NCBI GenBank assembly: GCA_001643675.2 | Contig: LSRY02000023.1 | Coordinates: forward strand, 434,001 to 498,000 | Length of the DNA stretch: 64,000 nucleotides | From: Monocercomonoides exilis PA203 | Taxonomy: Eukaryota; Protista; Preaxostyla | Direction of reading: 5' to 3' | Shown here: positions 13,501-28,500 of the stretch, one piece after another | How the letters are laid out: every line of letters starts with the position of its first letter | Position numbering within the stretch: position 1 is the stretch's first letter | The notes under the pieces: model-generated | Databases searched by the model: none | The model's input: the letters and a program-made list of their open reading frames with translations, nothing else | What the model was told of the DNA's origin: nothing | Position numbers and translations under genes: made by a program

Positions 13501-16500
13501 CTGGGTTCAATGGTGATGGGTTGTGAGATGGGCTGAGTGGATTCTCCTGCTGATACTTCGTGTTGTGCAGTGTAGAAGGCTGCATTGGCTGAGGATGTGA
13601 CTGCGATGACGCAAGACAAGAAGTGTGGAACGGAGAGAAAGCAGTTGCTTCCTGTGCGAATGATTGTTGAGCAGGCGGTGCTGCCTCTTCCTCTTCTCTG
13701 TCGTCTGGCCACGAGAACTCGTTGAGATGCTGCTTCAAGAACGGCTTGTGAGTGAACCATGACTGAGAATAGAGCATCATTGACTCGGCAGCGAGGACGA
13801 TGTAGCCAGGAACATCAGCGCCGACCAGCTGGACCTGAATCTGGTCCATCTGAAGCATCACATTCATCTTCGAGTAGGACTCCCGACAGACAGGGCCTTT
13901 CAGCAGTGGAGGCGCTTTCCCCTTCCGCTTGGAGGATCTGAGTGAAGAAGAGGAAGAGGACGAGGAAGAAGATGATGATTGTTCAGAAGCATATCTGCGT
14001 GACTGGGATTTTGTTAATGTAGGTGGAAGCGAAGGCAGCGAAGAGTCGTTGTTGCCTGCACCGTCTTTCTTCGACACAACTTCCCAGTCGCTCGGCGGCT
14101 TCGGATAGAACACGTTCTGCAGAGAAGACGCTGGCGAAGGGAAGATTAGCGGACGCTGTGGAAGAGCAGCAGGAGGAGTCTGGACTTGTGGTTGAATGCG
14201 AGGAAGCGTCTGGAAAGAGGATTTGCTATCAGATGCAGCTTGCTGAGAGAGCGATGCTGCAGATGAGTCGGTTGATGCACCAAGAGCATCGCTTCCTTTG
14301 AATGAATTTGCCATTCCTAAGCTCTGCTGTGATTGCTGTGTAGTCATTCCAACATTATTATTAGCTGATTCTTCATTCTGCTCTGACTTCCTCAGCACAT
14401 CCATTCCAAGCCCACTTCCACCCGAAAGCAGTCGACTTGCCCTTTTCCCATCGCTTTCACTCCTTTCCATTAATCTCTCCTGCATCGAAATGAAGTTCTT
14501 CAGCTGCGACAGGCTCGGTGGCAAAGGTTTCAGCGTCCATCGCCTTGGTGAAGGATAAGGGTAGAGAGAGAATGCATGCAAGGACAGCCTCTGCCACGCA
14601 GTGTAGATCGGATGGAAGTCCTCGGCAGAGCTGTAGAACTCAGACAAAGCCAGCTCTACCTGGCTCATCAGCTGGTGCGCCATCACTTTCTCGTTTCGGG
14701 CGTTGTTGTTGGAATCGTCGTCATCATCTGATGAAGAGGAAGAGGAAGAAGAAGTTGAGCTGCTTTTCTCTTCTGAACTCTGTTTGGCAGCGGATTGTGT
14801 GGTTGAGGTGGTGTTCCCGCTGAGCGCTGATACGAGCGACAGCAAAGGCGTCATCCAATACAACAGCGCGTCTCTCACGCCAACCGTAAACACAAACCGC
14901 ACACAGCTTACTGTGCACTCCACATTGAGTGAAGGAACCACAGACGTTGATGGAGAAGACAAAGAAAGCGACTGCTCAAGAGGATTAAGCTGAGTATCAC
15001 CAGTGCCGATGCTGGCTGGTGACAGAGCCCATGGTGGCTGCCTTCCAGGAGCTCCTAAGGATGAATACGCAGTTCCGTAGTTGTCTGCATATCGTGGCAT
15101 CATTCCTCTTCCCTTCGGATAATGCTTCATCAGCGACATCTGGCTGAGCGTGGTATCATCCACCACCATTCCGTCCATCTTCGAGTCGAACTGTCGAAGA
15201 GACAGCCCCGCTATCATCTCATCTGTCGACTCCATATCCATCGAAGTCAGGCGAGAACGATTGTGCGATGCTCGCCGTCTCATTGCCAGCAGACTTGGAT
15301 CATAGCCAGTGGGTGCCAACAGCTTCTGCTCCAGCTCAGGATATGGATATGCACCTTGCACCGAAGAAGATGGAGGCTTTTGTGAAGCACCGGGCTGCTG
15401 TGTAACTTCCATTGGAGGAGAAACAGGTGGAGGAGGAGACGAAGGGGCAGAGAATGGAGGAGATGGAGGATTTGATGGAGGAGGTGAGCATATCATTGAT
15501 GATTCTCCTGCTTCCTCACCAAACACATCTTCATCTTCATCTTCATCGTTATCGTAAGATTCCATCACATCTGAGAACGACGCAATCTTCAGAATATCCT
15601 CAAAGCAATCTGATTCGATGATGAATGGAAACGCATTCCCAATAGAAAGCACCACGTGCTGTGCCGTGTTCACTCTGAAGGAGTCCCATGGAGCCATCAA
15701 GCCAGCCCTGAGGAAGCGCAATGCCAGCACTGATGAGTAGAACGGATGGTCGATTGGAGGAAGCAGAGAGTCAAGAGAGAATGGCTGAAGAGAAGGCGAG
15801 TTGAGAGGAGGTTTGACGAGACGAGGACCGGATGGAAGAGAAGAGGTGGGAGAGGAAACAAGAGGAGAGGAAACTGACGAGGAAGAGGACGGAGAAGAAG
15901 ATGAAGATAAAGTGTGATAGATTTTATGATCAGGAGATTCAAGAAGAGTGCTATGTGAAAGCGAAGGAGAAAGAGAATTGCGGATGGTTGGCGGAGTGGA
16001 CAAAGCAGAAGATTGATTGAATTCTTCATTACTGTTCTTTGAAGACAATACACTCACATTCTGATTGAACGAGCTTCCATTTGCATTTCCATTTGCGTTT
16101 GCTCCGTCGTCAAATGTGTCCAAATCCAGAAATCTGCTTTGGCTCTTTCCATTAATTGAACGTAGAGCAGGTGGAGTAACAATTGCTGTTGGGATTCTTT
16201 CACCTTCTGAGGCAAACGGAACAGCCGACGCTGCCATCTCTTTGAAAGCGGATCCTTCTGCTTGTACATTCATTCGAAGATGAGATGGAGAATTTCCTGT
16301 GAAAGACGCTGCTGTAGGCAATGAAGAAGCACTAGTAGAACTAACATTTGTGACTGTATTTGAGCCAGCTGCATTCACAGAGCCAATTGCAAACTGTTTC
16401 TTCTGCAAAGGTGGTGATGAAGTATCTGAGGAAGCGTGAAGAGGAGGAGGAGGAGGAGGAGAAGACGAAAGCGTATTGTTTGAGTCGTCTTGGAGGCAGA

Positions 16501-19500
16501 GCTCAGAGTCGTGTGACCAGTCGATGAGGTCGAGGTTGAGGAGCTTTCTGTCCGAGTTGAGCTTCGAATGGAAGATAAATGGATCAATCACATGGTGATC
16601 ACAGCGAGTGCATCGAGAGCGAGAAGAAGAAGAAGAGGAAGAAGAAATATTAGGAGAAGGAGAAGAACAATAACTGGAAACATTTGCATCCTCTTTCTCA
16701 GGAATACGCAGATCGAGAATGAGCTCCCATTGGTCGATCGTATGCTGTGCTTTGGAAAATTCGTCTGATGAATGCAATTTCTTATCACTGTTATTTCCAT
16801 TGTTATTATTATTACCAGAAGAAGAAGAAGAAGAAGAAGAAGACGAAGAAGAAAGCAGATGTTGTGATGTTGGCGAGAATTCATCCTGTGAAAGAGTTGC
16901 CTTTCTCAGTGCGGAAGAAGGAGGCAGCGCTGATAACTCTGCAATTCGTGTGGGTGTGTTGAGAGCAGAGGCGTGTTCATTGAGATCACCAGCGGTTGGA
17001 GAGGAAAGAGAAACAGCAGAAAGAGAAAGAGGAAGAAAAGGGCGCGAACGAAGAGGGAGAGAATGGGAACGGACATGACGTGCAGAGGAAGAGCGGGAGG
17101 ATGACTGGGAAGAAGGATGAGAAGGTGTGTGGGAAGGAGAGGGGGAAGGAGAAGGTGTAGAAGGCGACTGAAGAAGAAGAATGGAGTCCTGACTTTGTGT
17201 TGGAAGATGGCTCTGTGTGTTGACTGGGGTAGACATTGCAGATTGGTTGTTAAAATCAATAGAATTATTTGCATTAGTGGCGTTTAGAGAGTTATTAGTA
17301 TTGTCAGTGTTGTTAGTATTATTTGTATTGTTAACACTTGCAGTGTGAGGAAGGATGTCAGCGCGTGTCAGATGAGGAGACATTGTGCTGCGAGAAGAGA
17401 ACAGTTTGTGTGTTCTGATGATATTCACGCTCGACTGACGAGCATGCTTTGAAGCTTTGCTGGATTTTGTGTTTGAATTTGAATTTGAAGAAGAAGAAGA
17501 TGATGATGATGAATTCTGATCAGCAGAGAGAGAAGACGCATGGAACAAGAACGAGCAAGTGTTGTAGTCATACACAAGATGAATCGAATGCTGCGGATCG
17601 TTTTGAAGCGCCTCTTCCAGACAGAAATTGGCAGGCAGCTTGGAAGTTGGCAGGGGAAAAGCAGAAGATGTCGATGAGAGCGAACTGGGAGGAAGCTGAG
17701 AGAAAGAAGAGGTTTGAGAGAGGAAAGGATGGAAGTCGTCGCGAAGGCTGCTGTCAGACGAGGCGAAGAGCGGAGAGCTCATCGAAGGTGATTGAAGGGC
17801 GGATTTGGAATAAGATGCAGAAGAGGAAGAGGAAGCTGATGATGATGAAGAAGGTAATCCATTTGGATTGTGCTGCGGTTCTTCAGATGACTGCTGCTGT
17901 TTTGTACTTTGGCGAGTTGCATTCAAAGCAGTCGAAGAAGCAGAAGAAGGCAAAGTTCCAGGTGGATGAGATGCAGAGGAAGAAGAAGAAGGAGGAGGAG
18001 GTGGCGGAGGAGGCGGTGGGGGTGGCGGAGGAGCCTGGCGAGCTGATAACTTTGTCTGCAGCGCAGACCGAATGTTCAATGGGCGGGCGAGTGGCTGAAA
18101 GCTCGATGGATTGAAGCGAGCCGAAGAAGCAGCCTGCATATTGGCGAAGGGCTGCTGAGGAACGCTGCAGTTGCTTGCTGCCTTCAACGTCTGCTCTGCC
18201 AGAATGGAGTAAATAGCAGGGTTTGCGGGGATGCGGCGTGAAGTTGAAGACAGAGCTTTCTTCTGCCTGTCTGTGATCTGCCCAAGCGGAGGCGGGAAGG
18301 CGAGGGAGCCGTAGCGCTTGTAGTAGATTTCCTTCCGCTTCCAAATCAGCTGAGAATCAAGCTCAATCTCTCCCAATGCGACGAAGATGCCATCGGCAGA
18401 GAGGGAAGCGCTTCTGACACGGAAGATGTCCAAGCGACGCGGAGGAAGGGCGGATGATTGAGAAGCAGCAGACACTTGCACAAGGGGAGAGGAGGAAAAG
18501 GAAGAGAGAGAACTGCTGCTGGAGTTATTATTATTATTATTGTTGTTGTTAGTATTGTTGTGATTGCTACTGGGCATAGGAGACGAAGTAAGAGAGTACG
18601 AAGAGGAAGTTGGAGAAGAAGCAGCAGAAGAAGTGAAACCAGCTTCTTCCTGTTGCGACAACGATGCCACTGAAAAGATATCAGCAAGTGGAGTTGCAAA
18701 CGGTGTGTCCTTCTCAATGTAATGGAGTGTCCTGTTGTTCCTGTTGTTCGCCAGCTTCGTGATCTGGATGATGTCTGTAGACAAGCTGAAAGAGCGCACC
18801 ATGATTCCTGCTCTGACTGGTGCAGCATTCGACACCTCCTCTTTTGTCTGCTTGTTCCACGCAGCAAGCAGAATAGCTGCTGCTGAGCGTGTCTTTGACG
18901 GCTGAAGCGTCTCCTTCTCTTTCTCCAATGAAGAATGCATGCCGATCTCGAAGTCACTAAGAGACAAGTTCAACGTCAGCCCGCTGAAAAGCGAGAGAAT
19001 GCTGCTGCTTTCGAACGGGTCGCTTGCTTCTGCCTTATCACTACCACTGCCATCATCGCTTTCAAACACCACGTTCTTGTTCATCACATTTCTGCTCACT
19101 GCATTCAGCGTCTGTTCCAATCCAGCATCCATCTTTGTTTGCTTCGTGTCTGTTTTTATTGCGCTCAGCCGGCGCAGACGAGCATCACGTGCTGTCTCAC
19201 TCCACCAGACAGAAGGCGTGCCGAAGGGAAACAGGCGAAGGAAGGAGCCATGCTGTGTTGAGAGAAGAGAATCATAGGACGATAGCACAGACGAGCGGAA
19301 CTGGGTGATGTTTGGATGGAGAGGGACGATGAGCGAAGATGATGTGCTGGCAGCCTCACAGTCAGATGCTTGAGAGTCATCATCATCATCATCGTCTTCG
19401 TCATCTTCATCCTCTAATTCTTCATCTTCTTTTATCTTTGTGTTTTCCTTCGAACTTTGCATGTTCAGCCCTTCTTGATTATTCTCCCCACTTTCCTTTC

Positions 19501-22500
19501 CCTTTAACCCATTCTCCACTTCTCCTCCTACTCTTTCTCCACTTTTTCCTTCTCCTCCTTCTCCTTTGCTAAACCAGCTCTCCATCAGCGTCTGCATGTC
19601 CATCTGCCCCACAGTTCTAACCGATGCTTCCATCATCTTTCTCTTCCTGTATTTTTCATTCGCTTTCTCGTTCTTCAAAAATGGAGGAGGGTGCGCCGAC
19701 TGAGGCATGAAGAAAGGTGGAATTTCTGTGAAGTGCTTGAACACACGGATCAGCCAGTGCAAGCCCGCAATTGTGACATTCATCTGCAGGAAGGGAAGAA
19801 CGGATGGGATGGAAGAAGGTTGTGAGATGTTGCTTTGTTGAGAAGAAGAAGAAGAAATAGAGGAGGAAGAGGAAGAAGATAAAGAAGAAGAAGAGGAAGA
19901 ATAACCATTCATTTGATTCCCAACTGCAGAAGGAAGCGGCGGTGCTGTGAATATCGTCCCTGTTGGCGGTTTCTTCATTGCCATAAACTTCGCCTGGCAT
20001 TCAGCCACAAACGCTGCCGATGCCAAAAACTGCTCTGCTTTCTTTGGTTGTTTCTGTTCATTGTTTGTTTGCGGAGTCAATTTGACTGTTTTCTGCTGGG
20101 CAGACGCGGTTGACTTGGCCAGCGCTGCTTTGCCTGCTTCTGTCGAGAGGAGGACGATGGGAGTGCGGCGGGCAACCATTTTGGCAGAGACAGACGCAGC
20201 AGACGAGGAAGAGACAGAGGAGAAGGCAGAGGGAGCTGAAGGAGAGGAGGAGGAGGAAGAAGAGGAAGAAGAGGAGGAAGATATTGATGATGAAGTTGAG
20301 AAAGGTAAGAACAATGATGATGATGATGATGATGATTGTGTTTGAGAAGAAGAGAAAGGAGAGTTTTTGGAAAGATCAGAAGAAATCTTTCTGTCGAAGT
20401 AATCAGGTGGCGGTGTGGTTGAGCATCTAATTGAAGAAGGCTGGCTAAACAGAGAAGAAGAAGAAGCAGAAGAAGGTGATGATGATGATGATGATGAGAT
20501 ATCATCAAGAGTAAATGATCCTTTGTTGATTGAACGAGGATTTGGCTTTGAAAAAGTAGAAGAAGAATTCGAAGTGGAAGAAGAAGAAGGAGCAAAGCCA
20601 GATGTAAAATCAGCAGGCATATTTCTTGCTGAGAAAGAAGGAGGAGGAGTAATAGCAGATCTTTGTGGTGTTCCATTGCTTTGTCTTTTGAGCGAAGGGG
20701 ACACCGAAAATGCAGCAGAGGCCATTGAAAACGGCGTTGCGGCTGCTGTTGGCTTCTCATTCATCGAAACAGAACGAGTCGAAAGAGAAGATTGGGTGCT
20801 GGTTGGAAGAGGAAGAAGAAGATTGTCTGAAGAAGAGAAGGAAGAAGGTGAAGAAGAAGAAATCGACGAGAAAGAAGAGAAAGAAGCTGGAACATCCGCA
20901 TTTGAGCTCATTGGCGTTGGAGTGGAAGAACCAGAGCCTGCTTTCAAAGAAGCCATCTTTGCTTCATCCGCAGATACAACTGAAGAAGAAGAAGAAGTTG
21001 AAGAAGAAGGCGAAGAAGAAGGAGCATTTGTTTGTGTGGTGCCAAAGAAAGACACAAATGAAGCAGGCGGTTTGCTTGCAGAAGGCGAAAGAGGGACAGG
21101 TGGAGGAGATTTCGAAGGAGGAGGAAGAGTGTGTGGAGGAAGGGAACGAGGAGGATGAGGAGGGTTGGAAGGAGGCGGAGGCGGATGAGGCGGAGGCTGA
21201 GATGGGGGCATTGGAGGAGTTAAGATGCGCAGAGGTTGAAGTGAAGTTGTTTGAGATGAAGGAAGAGAAGAATATTGAGCTGAATTGTGGCTGACGAGCG
21301 GGTGAGGCGGTGCGGTTTGACGGAGAACGCTGCGAGAAGAGCTATTCAATGAGGGGGTTGATTGAGAGAGAGAGGTTGAGGATGAGAGAGAAGAGGAAGA
21401 GAAAGAGGTAGAAGATGATGCAGTAGCAGCAGATAATATTGGAGTGGGAGAAGAAGAAGAAGAAGGTGAAGGTGAAGGTGAAGGAGAAGAGGATTGTTGC
21501 AGTGTCTGCCCTTTCGAAGAATCATCTGAATGAACAATTGAAAATGCTGCATGTTTTGACGAGTTGTGAAGCTCATCAATTTCTGCTGTCTGCGGAGAAA
21601 AGACCGAATGCTCTTGGGAAAAGAAAGAGGTTGATGGAACAGAAGAAAGAGAAGAAGAAGAAGAAGTAGAAGAGAACACAGGGCGAGGTGAAGTTGAAGC
21701 AATAGTAGCTGTTTGAGGCACAGGACGATATGTGCTTGATGATGATGTGGGAGGAGGGGTTGTGGATCTCCTCTTCACAGCAGAAGGAGAAAGAGAGAGA
21801 GAGAGGGAAGGAGAAGGAGAAGGAGAAAGAGGAGTTTTCTTGTTGGATGATACAGGCATTTGAGAGAGCGCGGCCAAAGGAGAGGAGAAAGCAGAAGGTG
21901 CAGCAGCAGCTGATGGTTTAGACAGACGAGAAGGAATAGTGGCAGAAACTGCTGAAGAATTCAAAGAAGAAGAAGAAGAAATAGAAGAAATAGAAGAAGA
22001 AGGCATGAATGGAGTAACTGCAGTGGAAGAAGTTGAGAGATATGATTCAGAGCTGAGGAGTGGAGAATGAGAGGAGAAGTTCACAGAAGAGGAGCGACGG
22101 TGAATGTGGCGAGGGGACATACGCGATGGAGGCTTCTGGAACTCATTCTGGTTTTTGGAAGAAGAAGAAGAGGAAGAGGAAGAAGAAGAAGATGATGATG
22201 AAGAAGGAGAAGGCGAAGTAATAGGAGAAGTAGCTTGCACCATTGAAGGAGAAGAAGCAGGTGTTGGTGGGGATGTGATGATGGAGAGTTCAGATTTCGG
22301 GCGAGATAAAGTTCTGTGGATGAGAACAGGAGTGGAAGAAGGGGTGGGAGTGGTGGAGGCAATGAAGGAGGAGGAGGAGGAGGAAGGAGAAGGAGAGGAA
22401 GAAGAAGAAGAAGAAGAAGAAGAAGAAGAAGAAGAAGAAGAAGAAGAGGTATGTCTTACCATTGACACAGAAAACGGAGCAGGCGGTAAAGAATATGCAC

Positions 22501-25500
22501 CTTTTTGTGCAGCTTCGCTGAGTCTTTCGCGTTCTGCTGCTTCTTCTCTTCTCAACGCTTCTTCCTCTTCCTTCAATCTCTTATACTCTTCCTCTGCCTT
22601 TTTTGCAGCTGACACTTCTTCATCCACAAACTCATTGAAAAACGAGATGGGCACCATGATTCCGTCAATGAAATGGATCAACGAGCGAGTCGAAGACACG
22701 AATGAAGGAAAGATTCCTTTGTCGAAGTTAAGAGGGCGAAGGGTGATGCTGGCATCGACGTGGAAGGCGGTTGATTTGAACAGGCAAAGCGGATCGGATG
22801 AAGGGATGGGCACAGCAAGTGTTGGGGTGAAGTCGAAGGTGGTGCAGTGGCAGGCAGAAGATGAGGAAGAAGAGGAAGAAGAGGAAGAAGAAGAGAAAGA
22901 GGAATAAGAAGAAGAAGATTCAATGGATTCATTACAAGAAGAAACAAATGCCTCATCGACTGTTGAATCTCCCTTATCATCCGCATTCCCATTCTTCGCC
23001 TTTGTCTTCGCTTTCATCTTCGACTTCTCCTTCATCCTCTTCTCTCGCTCCTTTCTGTACTTTCCTTCTATCTCCTCCGTCACATGGGCTGGCGGGACGA
23101 GCGAAACAGCATATTTTCTGCAGTGGAAGTAGTGGTCGATGTCAGCATCACCAGAATACCCGCTGTAAAGATGGAACTGGCCAGGTGAAAGAGGAGTGAT
23201 GCTAGCAGCACACAAGTCACTGGCTGTTGGGATTGGAACAGAACTAACAAAAGAAGAAGAAGAAGAAGATAATGATGATGAAGAATTTTTATTCTTCGAT
23301 GGAAGATTTGCATTGTGTGACAAAGAAGAAGCATCGTTGCAGCTAATATTTTCATCTCCTCCTTGTGTTTCGAGTGACTTGTGAGAGAACGCACAGGAGG
23401 AAGCAGGAGAAGCAGCGCTGAAGCGACTGAGCGGGATTTTCATCCCGCGGTTGAGCGGAGAGGCCCAATGGGTGTGGAGGATGAGTGAGAATGAAGGAAT
23501 GACAAAGGAGAAGATCGTGTTGCCTGTGTTGCCTAGCCAGGGCGGAGTGATGGTAGATGAGGAAGAGGAAGAAGAAGAAGAAGAGAATGAGGAGGAAGAG
23601 GAAGAGGAGGAAGAAGAAGAGAATGAAGAAGGAGAAGAAGCAGGTGGCGGATAATTCGATTGTGAGTAACAGCGATACAATATACCCTTCACAGGTGGAA
23701 GCTCTTCTGCTCTTTTCGCTGCCACTTCTTCCACATGACGAGCATTCCCATTCGTCAAATTCTTCCTCTGCCCTTCTCTTTTCCTCATCCACCCTCTCTC
23801 TACATCTGCTCTCCTTGGATTTCCCTTCATCACCACAAGCTCAGGAAACTCAAAAGCGCGTTTCGACAGCGCATTCCTCGCCATATCTGGCAGATGTGCG
23901 ATTCGCAAGTGCGAAAACTGCACACTTGCGCCTCCTCTACCATATGTCACCCCGCTGCGGTCAGCAGTGATAGCAATCACATTCGTCAGACAAGATGGGG
24001 AGAAAGAAGTTAGCACAAACACTCGAGTGTCAATAAGCAATGCAGATAAGTGGCCATGCAGGATGTATCGGAGCGTGTCCCACCATTCAAGAGACGTCTT
24101 GTTTTGGGTGGGTGTTGCGTCTGTTGAAGTGATATTTTGTGGGGTTGATTTTGGAGTGGGGTATTTTTCAATGCTGTTGGTAAACACTGGATTGGTTAAT
24201 GTTGATGACAATTTTTGATCTTCTTCTGTTGAAATTGCCTTCTTAACATTTGCATTTTCATTCACTTTCTGCAAGTCAACAAGCGGAAACACATCATTCT
24301 TCATCTCTTTCTTCTTCCACTTCGCACTTTTCCCCCTGGCAAACGAATACGGAACAGCCAGCACCGACGAAATCGTCTCTTCGCTCTTCACAATTGGCGG
24401 TTTGTCTGACGAAACAGGAGCGATACGAGCAAAAGCATCAGCCATTGCCATCAGTGTTGGCACCCACGACATCCCAAAAGTGACAGTCAGTCCTTTGATC
24501 ACTGGAGCAAAGTTGAAGAACACGAAGTCCGGATCAGGTGCCCCCGAAGAGGCAAACACATGAAGCAGCATGTCATCTGGCTGTGAAGGTGTTGTCTGAT
24601 ATGAATAGCGTGTTCTCCTGTTACCATCACTGCTGTTGCAATTAACACTCTCCAGCTTCTTCTTCTCCTTCCTCCTTCTCAGCGCCTCTCCATCAACCAG
24701 CCCTTTCATCATTTCATACGGAGTGGTAGCCAGCGGACTCAACGTAGTTGCCGACGGCTGCTTAAAGGCATCCAACGAACGCGGCTCTGCCACAACCATC
24801 ATTCCCTGTGCTCTAATCACCTCTGCACTCATCAGATTCACCGGATAATCCCTCAGCCGCAGCCTCAGCTGCCTTCCTTCAATGGCCAATCTCCTTCCGC
24901 ACAACAAGCCGTATTCCTTGGGCACATCTGCAGGGCGTGCAGAGTCTAGTGCTTTGACTGTGGTGAGGATGGTGTCGGGAAGCAGGCGGCGGTCTAAGAG
25001 GATGGCAACAGCAGCAGATGAGAGAGAGGCAGTGAGGAGACGAGGGTGCGATTGGGCGGATATGATGCGGGGCTTTTTGGGATGAGAAGAGGAAGAAGAG
25101 GAAGAAGAGGAAGAAGAGGAAGAAGAAGAAGAAGAAGAGGAGAAGGAGAAGAAAGAGTCTGATGTGCTTGAAACTGAAGAGGAAGAGGAAGAGGAAGAAG
25201 TTGAATTGAGCGTGGATGGATCAAAGAAAGAGGAAGAGAACGATCTCGAGTTATTCATATTGTTGTTTATGTTGTTGCCAGCATTATTTGCCATGCTGTG
25301 TGACTGCTCATTTCCTGTTCCAAAGAACATCCTTTCTTTCTCATCTTCAGAGTCATCTTCATCAAACTTATCATCCATTTTGTTTTCTTTCTTTTTCTCG
25401 AAATTTGTTCTTCTAAAGCTATCCATAAACATATTGTTATCAACAGCTTCATCATCATCAACAACGCCTTCTTCTTCTTCTTCTTCTCCATCTTCATTTT

Positions 25501-28500
25501 CATTTGTTGGCACCACCTGATAATACATCGCCCTCTCCTCTTCTCTCATCTTCCTCTGCTTTTTGTACAGCTCTGCCTCTTTCTCATTCAGCAAGCTAAG
25601 CACACGTCGATATGCCGATGTGGTTGAGCTGCTTTTCTTTGTTCGTGTGCGAAGGAGGAATTCTTCAGTCAACATTTCTCTTCGCACATCCCTTGCAGAC
25701 GCATCCTGCTGCAGTGTGGAGATAATCTCACCAACCTGCCTTTCGAAGTTGTTGTCTTCCAATTCGACAGATATGTCAAGCACTCGAATGAGCAAGGGAG
25801 GAACAAGTGGTGGCTCGATTTCTTCTTCTTCTTCTTCTTTTTTCTCTTCTTCTTTTTCTTTTTCTTCTTTAAATTCTATTCCTTTCTCTTCATCCACTTT
25901 TCTTCCATTTTGATACACACTCTCATTCACATTCGGATTCTTCACTTTTCCTTGCAGTGTCTTCACAGCTGTTAACACAACCTTCACAAACCCTGAAAAC
26001 TGTGCCAGGAAATGCCCCACAAACAGCTTTTCAGGCAGAACAACCTGAGCTGAGCGAATATCAACTGCAAGAAGCGTCTTGCTGTCGTCGGGAAGCTGCC
26101 CTTCTTCCCAAGAAGCAGCAGCGAAGGAAGGATGGGGTGGATTGGAATGAGAGGATGTGTCAGAAATGGGGTGGAATGACATATTGATGGAGGAGGTGTT
26201 TTGATTGAGAGATGAAGAATTACTATTATTATTGTTGTTGCAATTGCTAATATTCTCAATGACATTTGAATTTCTTCTTTTATTTTTCATCTCAAAGTCA
26301 TTTTCCATTTCCTTTTCACATTTTTCATTACCGTCATTCATCTCCCCTCCTTTCCTTTCTCTCACTCCTTTCCTTTCCTTTCTTCCTTTCCTTTCTTCAT
26401 TCACAACCCAATCCAATGGAATATCTGCCTGTGCACCAAGATTCCTCTGTTCAGGCACAACAAACGGTGTGTCACCTAACACAGGAGCCATATCAAGCAG
26501 CGCCTGCTCAAACCACTCACGCGGAGGAGAAAGAAGAGAAGAAGGAGAAGAAGAGCTATTTTTGGATGAATTATTCATATTTCTATTATTTTTATTGCTT
26601 TTTGTGGAAATCTGTGCAGTTTTCATAGAAACAGTTGCAGATGTCAAAAGAGGCTCAGATGCACTTTTCTGACTTCCCTCTTCATTATTCCCCTTCAATT
26701 CAACGTTTTCACAGTTTCCATCATTCGCCCTTTCACTTCCCTTGTTCCCGTCTTCCCTGCCATTTTTCCCTTTCCTTCCGTTTTTGCCTCTCTCTTTCTC
26801 TCTTGTCTGCTCATACATTCTGAACAGCTGCATCACATTCTCTTCTCTCCTCTTCAGCTCTTCCAGCGGCGACCAGCCCTGCACAGCTGACAGAAACGCC
26901 CTTTCCATCGCGTCCTTCTGCCACTCTGCCGAAGAAATCTCAGGAAGAGGAGGTGGAGGAGGAGGTGGTGGAGAATGCTGTGATGATGAGGAATGATGAT
27001 GCGAATGTGAATGTGGATGCAGTGATTGCATTTGCGGGGTGCTTGATGATGATACAAGGCCTGAAGAAGAAGTGTAAGAAGAAGAAGAAGAAGAAGAAGA
27101 ATTATAAGAAGCAGAAAAGGAAGGAGCATGGAAAGATGAAGGAGAAGATGATTGCTCGTAACCAAAATATCTCCTTCCGCTGCACAGAACATGTTCTGCT
27201 GATGCATCAAATGTGTGGAACGGATGCAGAACAGCTGTCAGCGAAAGAAGCGTTTGGATAATGTTTGCATTATCAACACTGTTAACAACATCGCTTGAAG
27301 AATTATCTTCTCTTCTTCCTTCTTTTTCTCCTTTTTCTCCTTTTTCTCCTTTTTCTCCTTTTCCTCTTTCTCTTCCTTCTCTTCCTTCTCTTCCCCACAC
27401 AAACGCCAAACTTGGATCAGCCATCCGCGACGCAAGCGAAGAACACGGCACATTCCTCACAAGCAGCGGCGGGTGCGACAGATTTATCGAAGAGAAAGGC
27501 GAAGTTGTGTGGAGTGTGTAGCTTCTTCTGTCCCAAAGTGATGCCTCGCTGCACTGCAAGATCTGCTGTTTGCACAGACCCGCTGTGATGCGGGAGAGAT
27601 GGACAAGCGGAAGCCCGTGGGAACTTTCGTGTTCGGTCATTGACTGAGAGTGGAAGAGGATGCTTGTGATGATTGAGGATATGCTGTTGGTTTTCTGCTC
27701 TCTTCCTTCTTCTTCTCCCTCTTCTTTTCCATCACCTCCATCTCCCTCATCTCTTATGATTCCCCCTGTGAACAGTGGCTGAAGACAAACATTAGACAAA
27801 AGCGTTGGCAGCAAAGGAACACACAAAAAGGCAGCGTCTGCGTGTGCTTCGATGGCAGTGCAGAAAGTGAAGTACATTTGGAAGCTGATAGACGAGATAG
27901 ACACACCTATGCTGCAGAGAGGGAAGGAGAGGTGGGAGAGAAGAGAAGAAGAAGAAGAAGATGATGATGATGATGATTGTAATGTGTCGTTTTGAGAATT
28001 GCCTATCTGAATGATATTTCCATTTGTTTCTTCAGTTTGCAATGCCTTTTCATCAAATGAATTGTTAGGAATAACTTCGTTCTTCTCCTTTCCTTCTTCT
28101 TCTCCTTCTTCTCCTTCTTTATTTTCTGCCTCATCTTCCCCCATCAACATTTTCACTGCGCCAACCATTGTACTCACTGTCTCCTTTGTCTGCACAACGA
28201 GGTAGATCAGCTCAGCAAGTGTTTCTGCAGTCAAAAACACATCCACTTTGTCCAGATGGAGATGAGGAAGAAAAGTGCTGCCGTCAGAAGAGAGACAGCT
28301 GCAGTGTGTGGAGGAAGAAGGAGGGTGTGAAGAAGAAGAAGAAGAAGAAGAAGAAGAGGAAAGATGAGCGATGTTGGTTGGCGAAAGGGAAATGGAAGAG
28401 GAAGAAGGCGATAATGATGCTGATGCTGGCGATAATGAAGAATAAGGAAATGCATCTGTTGGATAAAACGTCTTTGAATTCAATCCAAATTTCACAGGTG